From NCBI GenBank assembly GCA_032718475.1, contig JAUCBJ010003604.1, forward strand, positions 1-53,794: a stretch of DNA of 53,794 nt, given 5' to 3'. Each line of letters starts with the position of its first letter. Position 1 is the stretch's first letter. The translations under genes and the position numbers were made by a program. Under the pieces are notes generated by a model that had not been told where the DNA came from, did no database searches, and was given only the letters and a program-made list of their open reading frames with translations. Source of the DNA: Nemertoderma westbladi. Its lineage: Eukaryota > Animalia > Xenacoelomorpha. Below are positions 37,825-47,906 of this stretch, in pieces.

Positions 37825-40321
37825 AAAGCTCCGGTCCGGTCTAGCACAGACAAACGTGATGTCGCTAGTAAACCTCCGAGATGAAGCTCCGGTCCGGTCT
37901 AGCACAGACAAACGTGATGTCGCTAGTAAACCTCCGAGATGAAGCTCCGGTCCGGTCTAGCACAGACAAACGTGATGTCGCTAGTAAACCTCCGAGATGA
38001 AGCTCCGGTCCGGTCTAGCACAGACAAACGTGATGTCGCTAGTAAACCTCCGAGATGAAGCTCCGGTCCGGTCTAGCACAGACAAACGTGATGTCGCTAG
38101 TAAACCTCCGAGATGAAGCTCCGGTCCGGTCTAGCACAGACAAACGTGATGTCGCTAGTAAACCTCCGAGATGAAGCTCCGGTCCGGTCTAGCACAGACA
38201 AACGTGATGTCGCTAGTAAACCTCCGAGATGAAGCTCCGGTCCGGTCTAGCACAGACAAACGTGATGTCGCTAGTAAACCTCCGAGATGAAGCTCCGGTC
38301 CGGTCTAGCACAGACAAACGTGATGTCGCTAGTAAACCTCCGAGATGAAGCTCCGGTCCGGTCTAGCACAGACAAACGTGATGTCGCTAGTAAACCTCCG
38401 AGATGAAGCTCCGGTCCGGTCTAGCACAGACAAACGTGATGTCGCTAGTAAACCTCCGAGATGAAGCTCCGGTCCGGTCTAGCACAGACAAACGTGATGT
38501 CGCTAGTAAACCTCCGAGATGAAGCTCCGGTCCGGTCTAGCACAGACAAACGTGATGTCGCTAGTAAACCTCCGAGGTGAAGCTTCGGTCCGGTCTAGCA
38601 CAGACAAACGTGATGTCGCTAGTAAACCTCCGAGATGAAGCTCCGGTCCGGTCTAGCACAGACAAACGTGATGTCGCTAGTAAACCTCCGAGATGAAGCT
38701 CCGGTCCGGTCTAGCACAGACAAACGTGATGTCGCTAGTAAACCTCCGAGATGAAGCTCCGGTCCGGTCTAGCACAGACAAACGTGATGTCGCTAGTAAA
38801 CCTCCGAGATGAAGCTCCGGTCCGGTCTAGCACAGACAAACGTGATGTCGCTAGTAAACCTCCGAGATGAAGCTCCGGTCCGGTCTAGCACAGACAAACG
38901 TGATGTCGCTAGTAAACCTCCGAGATGAAGCTCCGGTCCGGTCTAGCACAGACAAACGTGATGTCGCTAGTAAACCTCCGAGATGAAGCTCCGGTCCGGT
39001 CTAGCACAGACAAACGTGATGTCGCTAGTAAACCTCCGAGGTGAAGCTTCGGTCCGGTCTAGCACAGACAAACGTGATGTCGCTAGTAAACCTCCGAGAT
39101 GAAGCTCCGTTCCGGTCTAGCACAGACAAACGTGATGTCGCTAGTAAACCTCCGAGATGAAGCTCCGGTCCGGTCTAGCACAGACAAACGTGATGTCGCT
39201 AGTAAACCTCCGAGATGATGCTCCGGTCCGGTCTAGCACAGACAAACGTGATGTCGCTAGTAAACCTCCGAGATGAAGCTCCGGTCCGGTCTAGCACAGA
39301 CAAACGTGATGTCGCTAGTAAACCTCCGAGATGAAGCTCCGGTCCGGTCTAGCACAGACAAACGTGATGTCGCTAGTAAACCTCCGAGATGAAGCTCCGG
39401 TCCGGTCTAGCACAGACAAACGTGATGTCGCTAGTAAACCTCCGAGATGATGCTCCGGTCCGGTCTAGCACAGACAAACGTGATGTCGCTAGTAAACCTC
39501 CGAGATGAAGCTCCGGTCCGGTCTAGCACAGACAAACGTGATGTCGCTAGTAAACCTCCGAGATGAAGCTCCGGTCCGGTCTAGCACAGACAAACGTGAT
39601 GTCGCTAGTAAACCTCCGAGATGAAGCTCCGGTCCGGTCTAGCACAGACAAACGTGATGTCGCTAGTAAACCTCCGAGATGAAGCTCCGGTCCGGTCTAG
39701 CACAGACAAACGTGATGTCGCTAGTAAACCTCCGAGATGAAGCTCCGTTCCGGTCTAGCACAGACAAACGTGATGTCGCTAGTAAATCTCCGAGATTAAG
39801 CTCCGGTCCGGTCTAGCACAGACAAACGTGATGTCGCTAGTAAACCTCCGAGATGAAGCTCCGTTCCGGTCTAGCACAGACAAACGTGATGTCGCTAGTA
39901 AATCTCCGAGATTAAGCTCCGGTCCGGTCTAGCACAGACAAACGTGATGTCGCTAGTAAACCTCCGAGATGAAGCTCCGGTCCGGTCTAGCACAGACAAA
40001 CGTGATGTCGCTAGTAAACCTCCGAGATGAAGCTCCGGTCCGGTCTAGCACAGACAAACGTGATGTCGCTAGTAAATCTCCGAGATTAAGCTCCGGTCCG
40101 GTCTAGCACAGACAAACGTGATGTCGCTAGTAAACCTCCGAGATGAAGCTCCGGTCCGGTCTAGCACAGACAAACGTGATGTCGCTAGTAAACCTCCGAG
40201 ATGAAGCTCCGGTCCGGTCTAGCACAGACAAACGTGATGTCGCTAGTAAACCTCCGAGATGAAGCTCCGGTCCGGTCTAGCACAGACAAACGTGATGTCG
40301 CTAGTAAACCTCCGAGATGAA
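37825..40321. repeat. 58-bp satellite, about 43 copies
   Basis: gaagctccggtccggtctagcacagacaaacgtgatgtcgctagtaaacctccgagat. Confidence 0.98.
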
Positions 40322-40384
40322 GGACGTCTGACTCTACCGATCTTATATCCCCATTTTGTCCCTCCCAGTCTTGATTCACTCATA

Positions 40385-41422
40385 TATGTGCTTATTTCCT
40401 GACGGCACAGGTGACACAGAACCATTTGAAGTGTTATGAGGCGTCCTCCAGGGAGACATACTGTACTTGCACCATTCTTGTTCATAATTGTTGTTGTCTA
40501 TGTTCTACGCAAGTCCTTAGATCATCATAATGATGATGGGGTGATGATAACTCCACCTACTGGCTACAGAAGTCGAGGAAATCCTGCCAAGTACCTAACT
40601 GATCTAGACTTTGCTGATGACTTAGGAGTACTCTCAGAATCACTAGAGGGAGCCCAACGGCTCCTCAGCTCATTAGAATATACTGCTTCTAGTGTTGGTC
40701 TTTTTATTACTCCAGAAAGACCAAAATTTTGACAGTTAAGTTTGAAAGTCCTCAGCAAGTCTCTGATCGGATGAGCATAAGCTCAAAAGATGGTATGCTT
40801 GAGCATGTGGATGACTTCTGTTACCTGGGATCATGGATCCGGAAGTCAGGTGAGGACCTCCGAATACGTAAGGTAAAGGCATGGGCAGCCTTGAATAGGC
40901 TTTCCAGGATTTGGAAGTCACCGAGAATTAATCGGAAACTTAGGTCCGATTATTTAGAGCAGCAGTAGTTCCAGTACTCTATGGGAGTCCATGCTGGGCT
41001 CTAACTGCTGAGGACACCAAATCTCTGGATGGCACATTCACACGAATGCTACGCCGGGTTCATTGTGTCAAGTACAATGCACACATCTCCAACCAGACAC
41101 TATATAACATTGGAGGTGTCTCATTGGTTCCCCCAAGCTTGACACTAGAACAAAATCGCCTCCGCTTTGCAGGACATTGCTTTCGCCGTGAGGACCAGCC
41201 AGTGCATAATCTTGTACTTTGGCAGCCTCATGGAGTGAATAAGCATGGTGGACAGCCCATGACTTTCTTGAGACGCATCTTAAAGGACACTGGCCTTGAA
41301 GATGCGGATGATCTAGCAAATGTCATGGGTGATAGGGAGTTGTGGCGGTGCAATTTTGTCGATAAGCCGGCACAGCATTCTTAAAAATGCAGCTGCAATG
41401 CAGCATGCCGATCCTAGTAGTA
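40385..41422 (+). mobile_element. Degenerate RTE-clade LINE 3' portion
   Basis: GVLQGD.LAPFLF, LTDLDFADD, DDFCYLGSWI, RLRFAGHCFR..VLWQP; several frameshifts. Confidence 0.9.
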
Positions 41423-43380
41423 TACTGTAGCCCTCACAGTGATCTGTTGCCTCAGAGGCAATAGCCTCACACCTGTTGCTCAGCCCCTGGATACGCCACT
41501 GCTCCACAATCCACGAAGCTAAGGAAAATCAACTACTTTCGCTAAGGAAGATTTTCCTTAGCTGGGATGGTGTATTCATACTGTAGTGGGTCCTTTTCGA
41601 GATTTGGGGTAGATTTGATGTTTTTTGACCCCAGCTAAAACACCCTTTACAAGTACCCTGAAATTTTGCATGTATAGGCCTATAGCCTCATATTTCGGAA
41701 AAATCTGCTTTCCATGGCAAACGGACTTTGAAAAAAGTATATGTAGGCCTTCGACTTCCAGTACCTTGGATCATGGATAGAGAGTAGCAAAAAGGACATA
41801 CAGTAGAAGTTAGAAAAGCAAAGGCTTGGGTAGCTCTATCAAAAATGGATACCATCTGGAAATCAGATCTCTCCAGGCACCTGAAGACTAAGTTCTTTCG
41901 AGCCACAGTGGAAAGTGTATTTTTATACGGGGGTGAGACCTGGACACTGACTAAATCACTTGAACAACGAATTGATGGTTGCTACACAAGACAACTAAGG
42001 GCAGCCCTAAACATCAGCTGGAGACAACACATGACAAACGCCGAGCTTTATGGTACAATACCACCTGTATCAACCACCCTCCGTGAACGCAGATTAAGAT
42101 TCAGTGGGCACTAGGGCTGGCAATCCCGGGATCCCGGAATCCCGGGATCCCGGAATAAAATGCAATCCCGAAATCCCGGGATTCAAGAACAAAAATCCCG
42201 GGATTTTCGGGATTTTGGTTAAAGCATTTCCACAGGTTGACAGTAACAATTTAATACAGTATATCGTGACAATAATGTCATTATTAATGTCCATGTACAG
42301 TTGTGTTCTCAATTAAAGTCCATTCTTCAATCTGTTCAATTTCCTCAATCTGTAAAACTCTTTCATGGCACCGCAAGTTTCTAGCCTACTGAGTGATTGA
42401 CAGACGGTCGTGGTTGGCTCCCCAAAGTAAAGCTGTTTGTTGATTTGAATGAGTAGATTAATGCAGGGATCAGATAAATTATGGGGCACTTGCAAGCCAA
42501 TAAAGTAAGTGTATTTTAATAAGCAGTATTTACAGTATATTACAAATTAAATGTTTACTAACTGATTAAATTTAACATGGTATAGCAAATAAAGAGATCA
42601 TACCATAAATTGGGTGTGGCTGGTCTCAGTGGCGCAGCCATAGGGGGGGGGGGGGGGGGGGGGGACACGTCCCTCCCACTTTTCAGGTAGGGGGGGACAC
42701 CATATCATATGTCCCCGGCACTTTTTACACTTTGTATATACAATTTAAAATTCAAATAATCGTAACAATCTCTGATCGGGTATTACAGTGTAACTATTAA
42801 CTCCTACGTACATTACAATCCTTCCCAACCCTGTCGCATATTTCCAAACACCATGAACTGTTTTTGCACTAGTCATAAGTCACTTTATAATATAAGGTGT
42901 ATTTTCATATCCCCACAATTTCGTCTTATATTGTTTTCGTTGGAGAATAACTAAAACAAATTTATTGATAATTAAATTTTTGGTTAATTTCCCGTGTCGA
43001 GATATCAACCCGCCTTCGCTTTCAATCCTTACCTGCTTTATATAGGTATCTCAGTCGACATTTTAATCTTATAGAGGGTTCGTTGGTAACGAATGGAAGA
43101 TGACGTTGTTGCAGGGAAACTAAATATGTAATCAATTCAGAATTTTTCTGTACACGAATGCGTTAGGTTCGTGTCTTTGAGTTTTTTTGAAAGGTTTACA
43201 GTAGAACTGCAATCAACTGTAGAATTGCCCTTGTATAGCGCTTATTTCTATCTTTTAAACACCTTTTTCAAACGCTTGTAGCGAATGAGAGGAAGCGAAA
43301 ATAAAATTCTGGCTCTTCTAAGGAGGAGGAGGGAGGTGAAACTATCGATGTTTCACATTTCCACCAACCACCTAGACCAG

Positions 43381-44795
43381 CCTGGTCTAGGTGGTTCGGG
43401 TGTGGCTGGTTTAGTTGGTTTTGGTGTAGCTGGTCTAGGTGGTTCGGGTGTGGCTGGTCTATGTGGTTCGGGTGTGGCTGGTCTAGGTGGTTCGGGTGTG
43501 GCTGGTCCAGGTGGTTCGGGTGTGGCTGGTATAGGGGGTACGGGTGTGGCTGGTCTAGGTGGTTCGGGTGTGGCTGGCCCAGGTGGTTCGGGTGTGGCTG
43601 GTCCAGGTGGTTCGGGTGTGGCTGGTCCAGGTGGTTCGGGTGTGGCTGGTCTAGGTGGTTCGAGTGTGGCTGGTCTAGGTGGTTTGGGTGTGGCTGGTCC
43701 AGGTGGTTTGGGTACGGGTGTGGCTGGTCTAGGTGGTTCGGGTGTGGCTGGTCCAGGTGGTTTGGGTACGGGTGTGGCTGGTCCAGGTGGTTTGGGTACG
43801 GGTGTGGCAGGGTTAGGACGTTCTGATTCGGGTGTGGCTGGTCTAGGTGGTTTGGGTGTGGCTGGTCTAGGTGGTTCGGGTGTGGCTGGTCCAGGTGGTT
43901 CGGTGTGGCTGCGGCTGGGTTAGGACGTTCTGATTCGGGAGTGGCTGGTCTAGGTGGTTTGGGTGTGGCTGGTCCAGGTGGTTTGGGTACGGGAGTGGCT
44001 GGTCCAGGTGGTTTGGGTACGGGTGTGGCAGGGTTAGGACGTTCTGATTCGGGTGTGGCTGGTCTAGGTGGTTTGGGTGTGGCTGGTCTAGGTGGTTCGG
44101 GAGTGGCTGGTCCAGGTGGTTTGGGTGTGGCCGGTCTAGGTGGTTCGGGAGTGGCTGGTCCAGGTGGTTTGGTTGTGGCTGGTCTAGGTGGTTCGGGAGT
44201 GGCTGGTCTAGGTGGTTTGGGTGTGGCTGGTCTAGGTGGTTCGGGAGTGGCTGGTCCAGGTGGTTCGGTGTGGCTGCGGCTGGGTTAGGACGTTCTGATT
44301 CGGGTGTGGCTGGTCTAGGTGGTTTGGGTGTGGCTGGTCTAGGTGGTTTGGGTGTGGCTGGGTTAGGAAGTTCTGGTTTGGGTGTGGCTGGGTTAGGAAG
44401 TTCTGGTTTGGGTGTGGCTGGTCTAGGTGGTTTGGGTGTGGCTGGGTTAGGAAGTTCTGGTTTGGGTGTGGCTGGTCTAGGTGGTTCGGGTGTGGCCGGT
44501 CTAGGTGGTTCGGGAGTGGCTGGTCCAGGTGGTTCGGTGTGGCTGCGGCTGGGTTAGGACGTTCTGATTCGGGTGTGGCTGGTCTAGGTGGTTTCGGTGT
44601 GGCTGGGTTAGGAAGTTCTGGTTTGGGTGTGGCTGGGTTAGGAAGTTCTGGTTTGGGTGTGGCTGGTCTAGGTGGTTTGGGTGTGGCTGGGTTAGGAAGT
44701 TCTGGTTTGGGTGTGGCTGGTCTAGGTGGTTCGGGTGTGGCCGGTCTAGGTGGTTCGGGTGTGGCTGGTCTAGGTGGTTCGGGTGTGGCTGGGTT
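43381..44795. repeat. 24/30-bp GT-rich minisatellite (GGSGVAGL-reading)
   Basis: ggtgtggctggtctaggtggttcg units with variants. Confidence 0.95.
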
Positions 44796-44802
44796 ATAAG
44801 GT

Positions 44803-45290
44803 ATGGTTGCCGGTATCACGACATTGGGAAATTCTGGCCCTGCTCCTTGGTACGGACAACAACAGTTGATCAATTTACTTACACAGTTTGTTTTGAGTTT
44901 GCAATCAACTAATTTAATATTAATGGAGAATAGCGCTATGTCATTGCGTCTTACTGATGCTATTGAACGTTTAATGTCACAAGGGAATGATATTCTACCC
45001 GCGGCTGAAAAAACACTATCATCCACACGGTCAAATAAATCCGAACAATTGGAAACCATTCCATTGCAAAAGTATGGCATCTCCTTGGAAACTCTGCGAA
45101 ACCTTAGTCAGAATCCAGACGCGGAACCAAGAGGGAAATTTATCTTACGGGTTTTGGAACTTGTTTTCACCAGTGCAGAATTGTAAATGCAAAATAAAAA
45201 CGTTTAAAATATCTATAGCGGCGAAAGCGATAACGAACGGTTTTTCTAAACATAAACTATCTAAGGGACATGCAGCGCATTAAATATTGT
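44803..45290 (+). pseudogene. Possible decayed BEN-domain gene fragment
   Basis: Helical segment, then GKFILRVLELVFTSAEL and frameshifted KRLKYL, reminiscent of BEN helices. Confidence 0.4.
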
Positions 45291-46094
45291 ATCTAAGAGA
45301 TTGCATTATAATGATCTAATGATTATGATTATATTTATTCATTCCTTGTTGTGTTATTTGCATGCTTTTATTTGTATATTTAAATTAAATAATTGAATAA
45401 TAAGTAACATAAATATATTTAATTATAAACAATTATTTATTGAAAAATTATTTATACAGAACGATACATTCTACCAAGCATTTTTCCAGGGGTTATTCGT
45501 TTATTGTAATATTTAATGCAGGGAATAGTGCGGTTAGCCAAGTAAAATAATCTACAGTACATTGTATAGACTGTACAACTCCAAAGGAGGAATTTAACTA
45601 CAGTATTCTACAGTACACTACCGCAGTTCAGTAGAACACCACACACACACCAACTGTATTGTTACAGTGCCTGTCAATCAATCTAAGGCTTTGCGGGATC
45701 CCATTAGTAGCCTGGCCTGTAGTTGTTTGATGCAGCCGCCATGCTCTTTGACCTTAGTCTACCCGCCTAGCCGCCCTGCTCTTTATTCCCCTGCCCTATA
45801 CTGCCCTTATACTAACCCATGGCATCTCTGCACAGAGGGATACTTCGGCTCTACATTTTCAATCTGTTAAATCTGATCAATCTAGACAGAAAGTCTGGAT
45901 TGAAGAAGTTGAAAGTAGGTTCAATTTCATCAATCTAACTATTATTTTTCTACGAGAGTAGATTGATTCAGATTGATGCAGATTGAATAATGGATTTTAA
46001 TTGTGAACAAGACTGTAGGTAGGGCTAGGCCTAAACTAGTAACACTGTTAAAATAGGGCCAAACTGAAACTATACCGGATGTGATGGACTGTGC

Positions 46095-46574
46095 ATGCAT
46101 ACCGGTACTTCTACCGGTAAGTCTTTTATTAAGAAATACTGCGTGGATTTAATTCGGCGATTGGAGCTTGATGATGGCAAAGAACGTATTGGCGATGTTG
46201 AACGGGTGGTGCTAGTAGGTAACGCTGCTGGAGGTGAGGATATAGAGGAGATAACTAACACATCCTTCAAGAATGTGTTAGACAAAGCCATAGCTGAAGC
46301 TTCCTGTGCTCCTATTAAACATAATCTGGCAGATATGTCATCAGTCTTAGCGAATGAGTTAGCCGTTGCAGAACAAACGGGAAATCTGGGACACTATTTA
46401 TCTTTAATATATAACAATTTAAAGGAAATTGTCCCAACATCTGTTGAACCTGAACGAGTATTCTCGGCCTGTGGTAACTTTTGGTCGAAACTAAGATCGT
46501 CCATAGGGGACAAAACTATCGATGATTTAATCTTTCTAAGATTTTATTTGAAATCAACACCAAAATCACACTAG
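46095..46574 (+). pseudogene. hAT transposase C-terminal dimerisation domain remnant
   Basis: IVPTSVEPERVFSACG..KLRSSIGDKTIDDLIFL. Confidence 0.9.
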
Positions 46575-47412
46575 GATTAACTACTGTTTATTAACTGTTT
46601 GTTAACTACAGTATAATAGTTAACTATAGGTTAACTACTGTATATTAGTTAACTATAGGTTAACTACTTTAACAGTATCAGTAATAGATACCTAATATTA
46701 ATATTAAAAAAAGGAAATTCATTGCTATTAATTGACACAAGTATTTTTCACCTACTCACCTACATTATTCCTGAAATTCTAAATCCCGGGATTAATCCCG
46801 GGATCCCGGGATTGGACCATTTCTGATCCCGGAATCCCGGGATTTCAATAACCCTCCGAGATTGCCAGCCCTAGTGGGCACTTCTGGCGAAGTAAAGACG
46901 AGATCATACCAGATCTACTTTTGTGGCAACCAACTCATGGAAAGCGTAGTCGTGGACGACCGGCTATGACATATATAGATCAACTTGAAAGGGATACTGA
47001 ACTTGGGAGAAACGAAATTGCGACAACTATGGATAATCGGGAAGCCTGGAAGGATCTAATTTCCACTGTCCGAGTTCGCTCGACCTAGTAGTAGTATGTA
47101 GGCCTATTTTAAGTCAATATTTAAAACTCTATTTGTAGCAAAACCACAATAGATATAAACTTTGAGTTTTTCATTTCAACTATATAGCCCATAACTGAGC
47201 CGATTGAGGTTAATAAGAAAATCCTAATACCATGGCAACCATGCTGAACAGATGTTCAGACAACCGCTGCAAACAGATGTTTTGATACAAAAATACTGTA
47301 GCTCATTTGGACATAGAGTTCATGATAAAAATTTCCGAAATTGGGAATGTGTTATCTGGACCACTACTAGTTGGAAGTTTTTGTGAAACTCAATAGATTC
47401 CAGAAATATCTA

Positions 47413-47426
47413 GTTACCATGGTAAC
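47413..47426. promoter_or_regulatory. Perfect palindromic RFX X-box-like motif GTTACCATGGTAAC
   Basis: About 480 bp upstream of the second CEP170-like ATG; lies in repeat-derived sequence. Confidence 0.35.
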
Positions 47427-47906
47427 TGGAGTTTATTGAAATTTTTTATCTTTCAAGTCCATATTCATAACTCTACAGTATTTGTAGCAAAACCGCAATA
47501 GATACAGTAGAAACTTTAATAATTATCCAACAATATCTAACCAGTTGCAGTTAATTGGCTTCTTTTGCCATTCTTATCTCATATGCGCTCAGCTCACCCA
47601 CATGATGAATGTAGTTATTAGTCAATAAGTCGTTACTATGCGACCAATTACAGCTGCAAAGTCAAGTCCCTGATAATTACTTTCATATTGCTGTATTGTT
47701 AAACTCTCTGACTATGGCTGCATTGCATACCCTGATCCTGATACCGACCGGTACCAGTACTGCAGTACTGCAGTAATCATGTTTTCCATAACTCTGTAAC
47801 TGTACGATATTCAGATACCGTATTGAGTTTGTTTGTATAAATCAATACCGGACCGGTACCGGTACTGCAATACATGCAATAAGTCTATTGGCCTTGCTAT
47901 GTAACC

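Larger units (their letters stand above)
42112..46873 (+). mobile_element. hAT DNA transposon (4762 bp, non-autonomous derivative with cargo)
   Basis: TIR TAGGGCTGGCAATC / GATTGCCAGCCCTA; 8-bp TSD gtgggcac; atcccggg subterminal repeats at both ends. Confidence 0.95.
41751..47094 (+). mobile_element. 5'-truncated RTE LINE split by a hAT insertion (41751-42111 plus 46882-47094)
   Basis: DFQYLGSWI..FFRATVESVFLYGGETW..RRLRFSGH | FWRSKDE..LLWQPTHG..GRP; (TAG)3 tail; 11-bp TSD tatgtaggcct at 41740-41750 and 47095-47105. Confidence 0.93.

Noticed and set aside
33207-40321. CRISPR-like appearance of the 32-58 bp repeats
   Set aside because: Head-to-tail units with no unique spacers, no cas genes and a eukaryotic context.
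41518-41562. 13-bp perfect inverted repeat gctaaggaaaatc as a terminator or ncRNA
   Set aside because: Isolated among TE debris; most likely a MITE remnant.
43285-44799. Elastin/silk-like Gly-rich protein
   Set aside because: The same frameshifting variant recurs three times (~43900, 44265, 44535), which indicates neutral array amplification. No signal peptide, and the region is inside a transposon.
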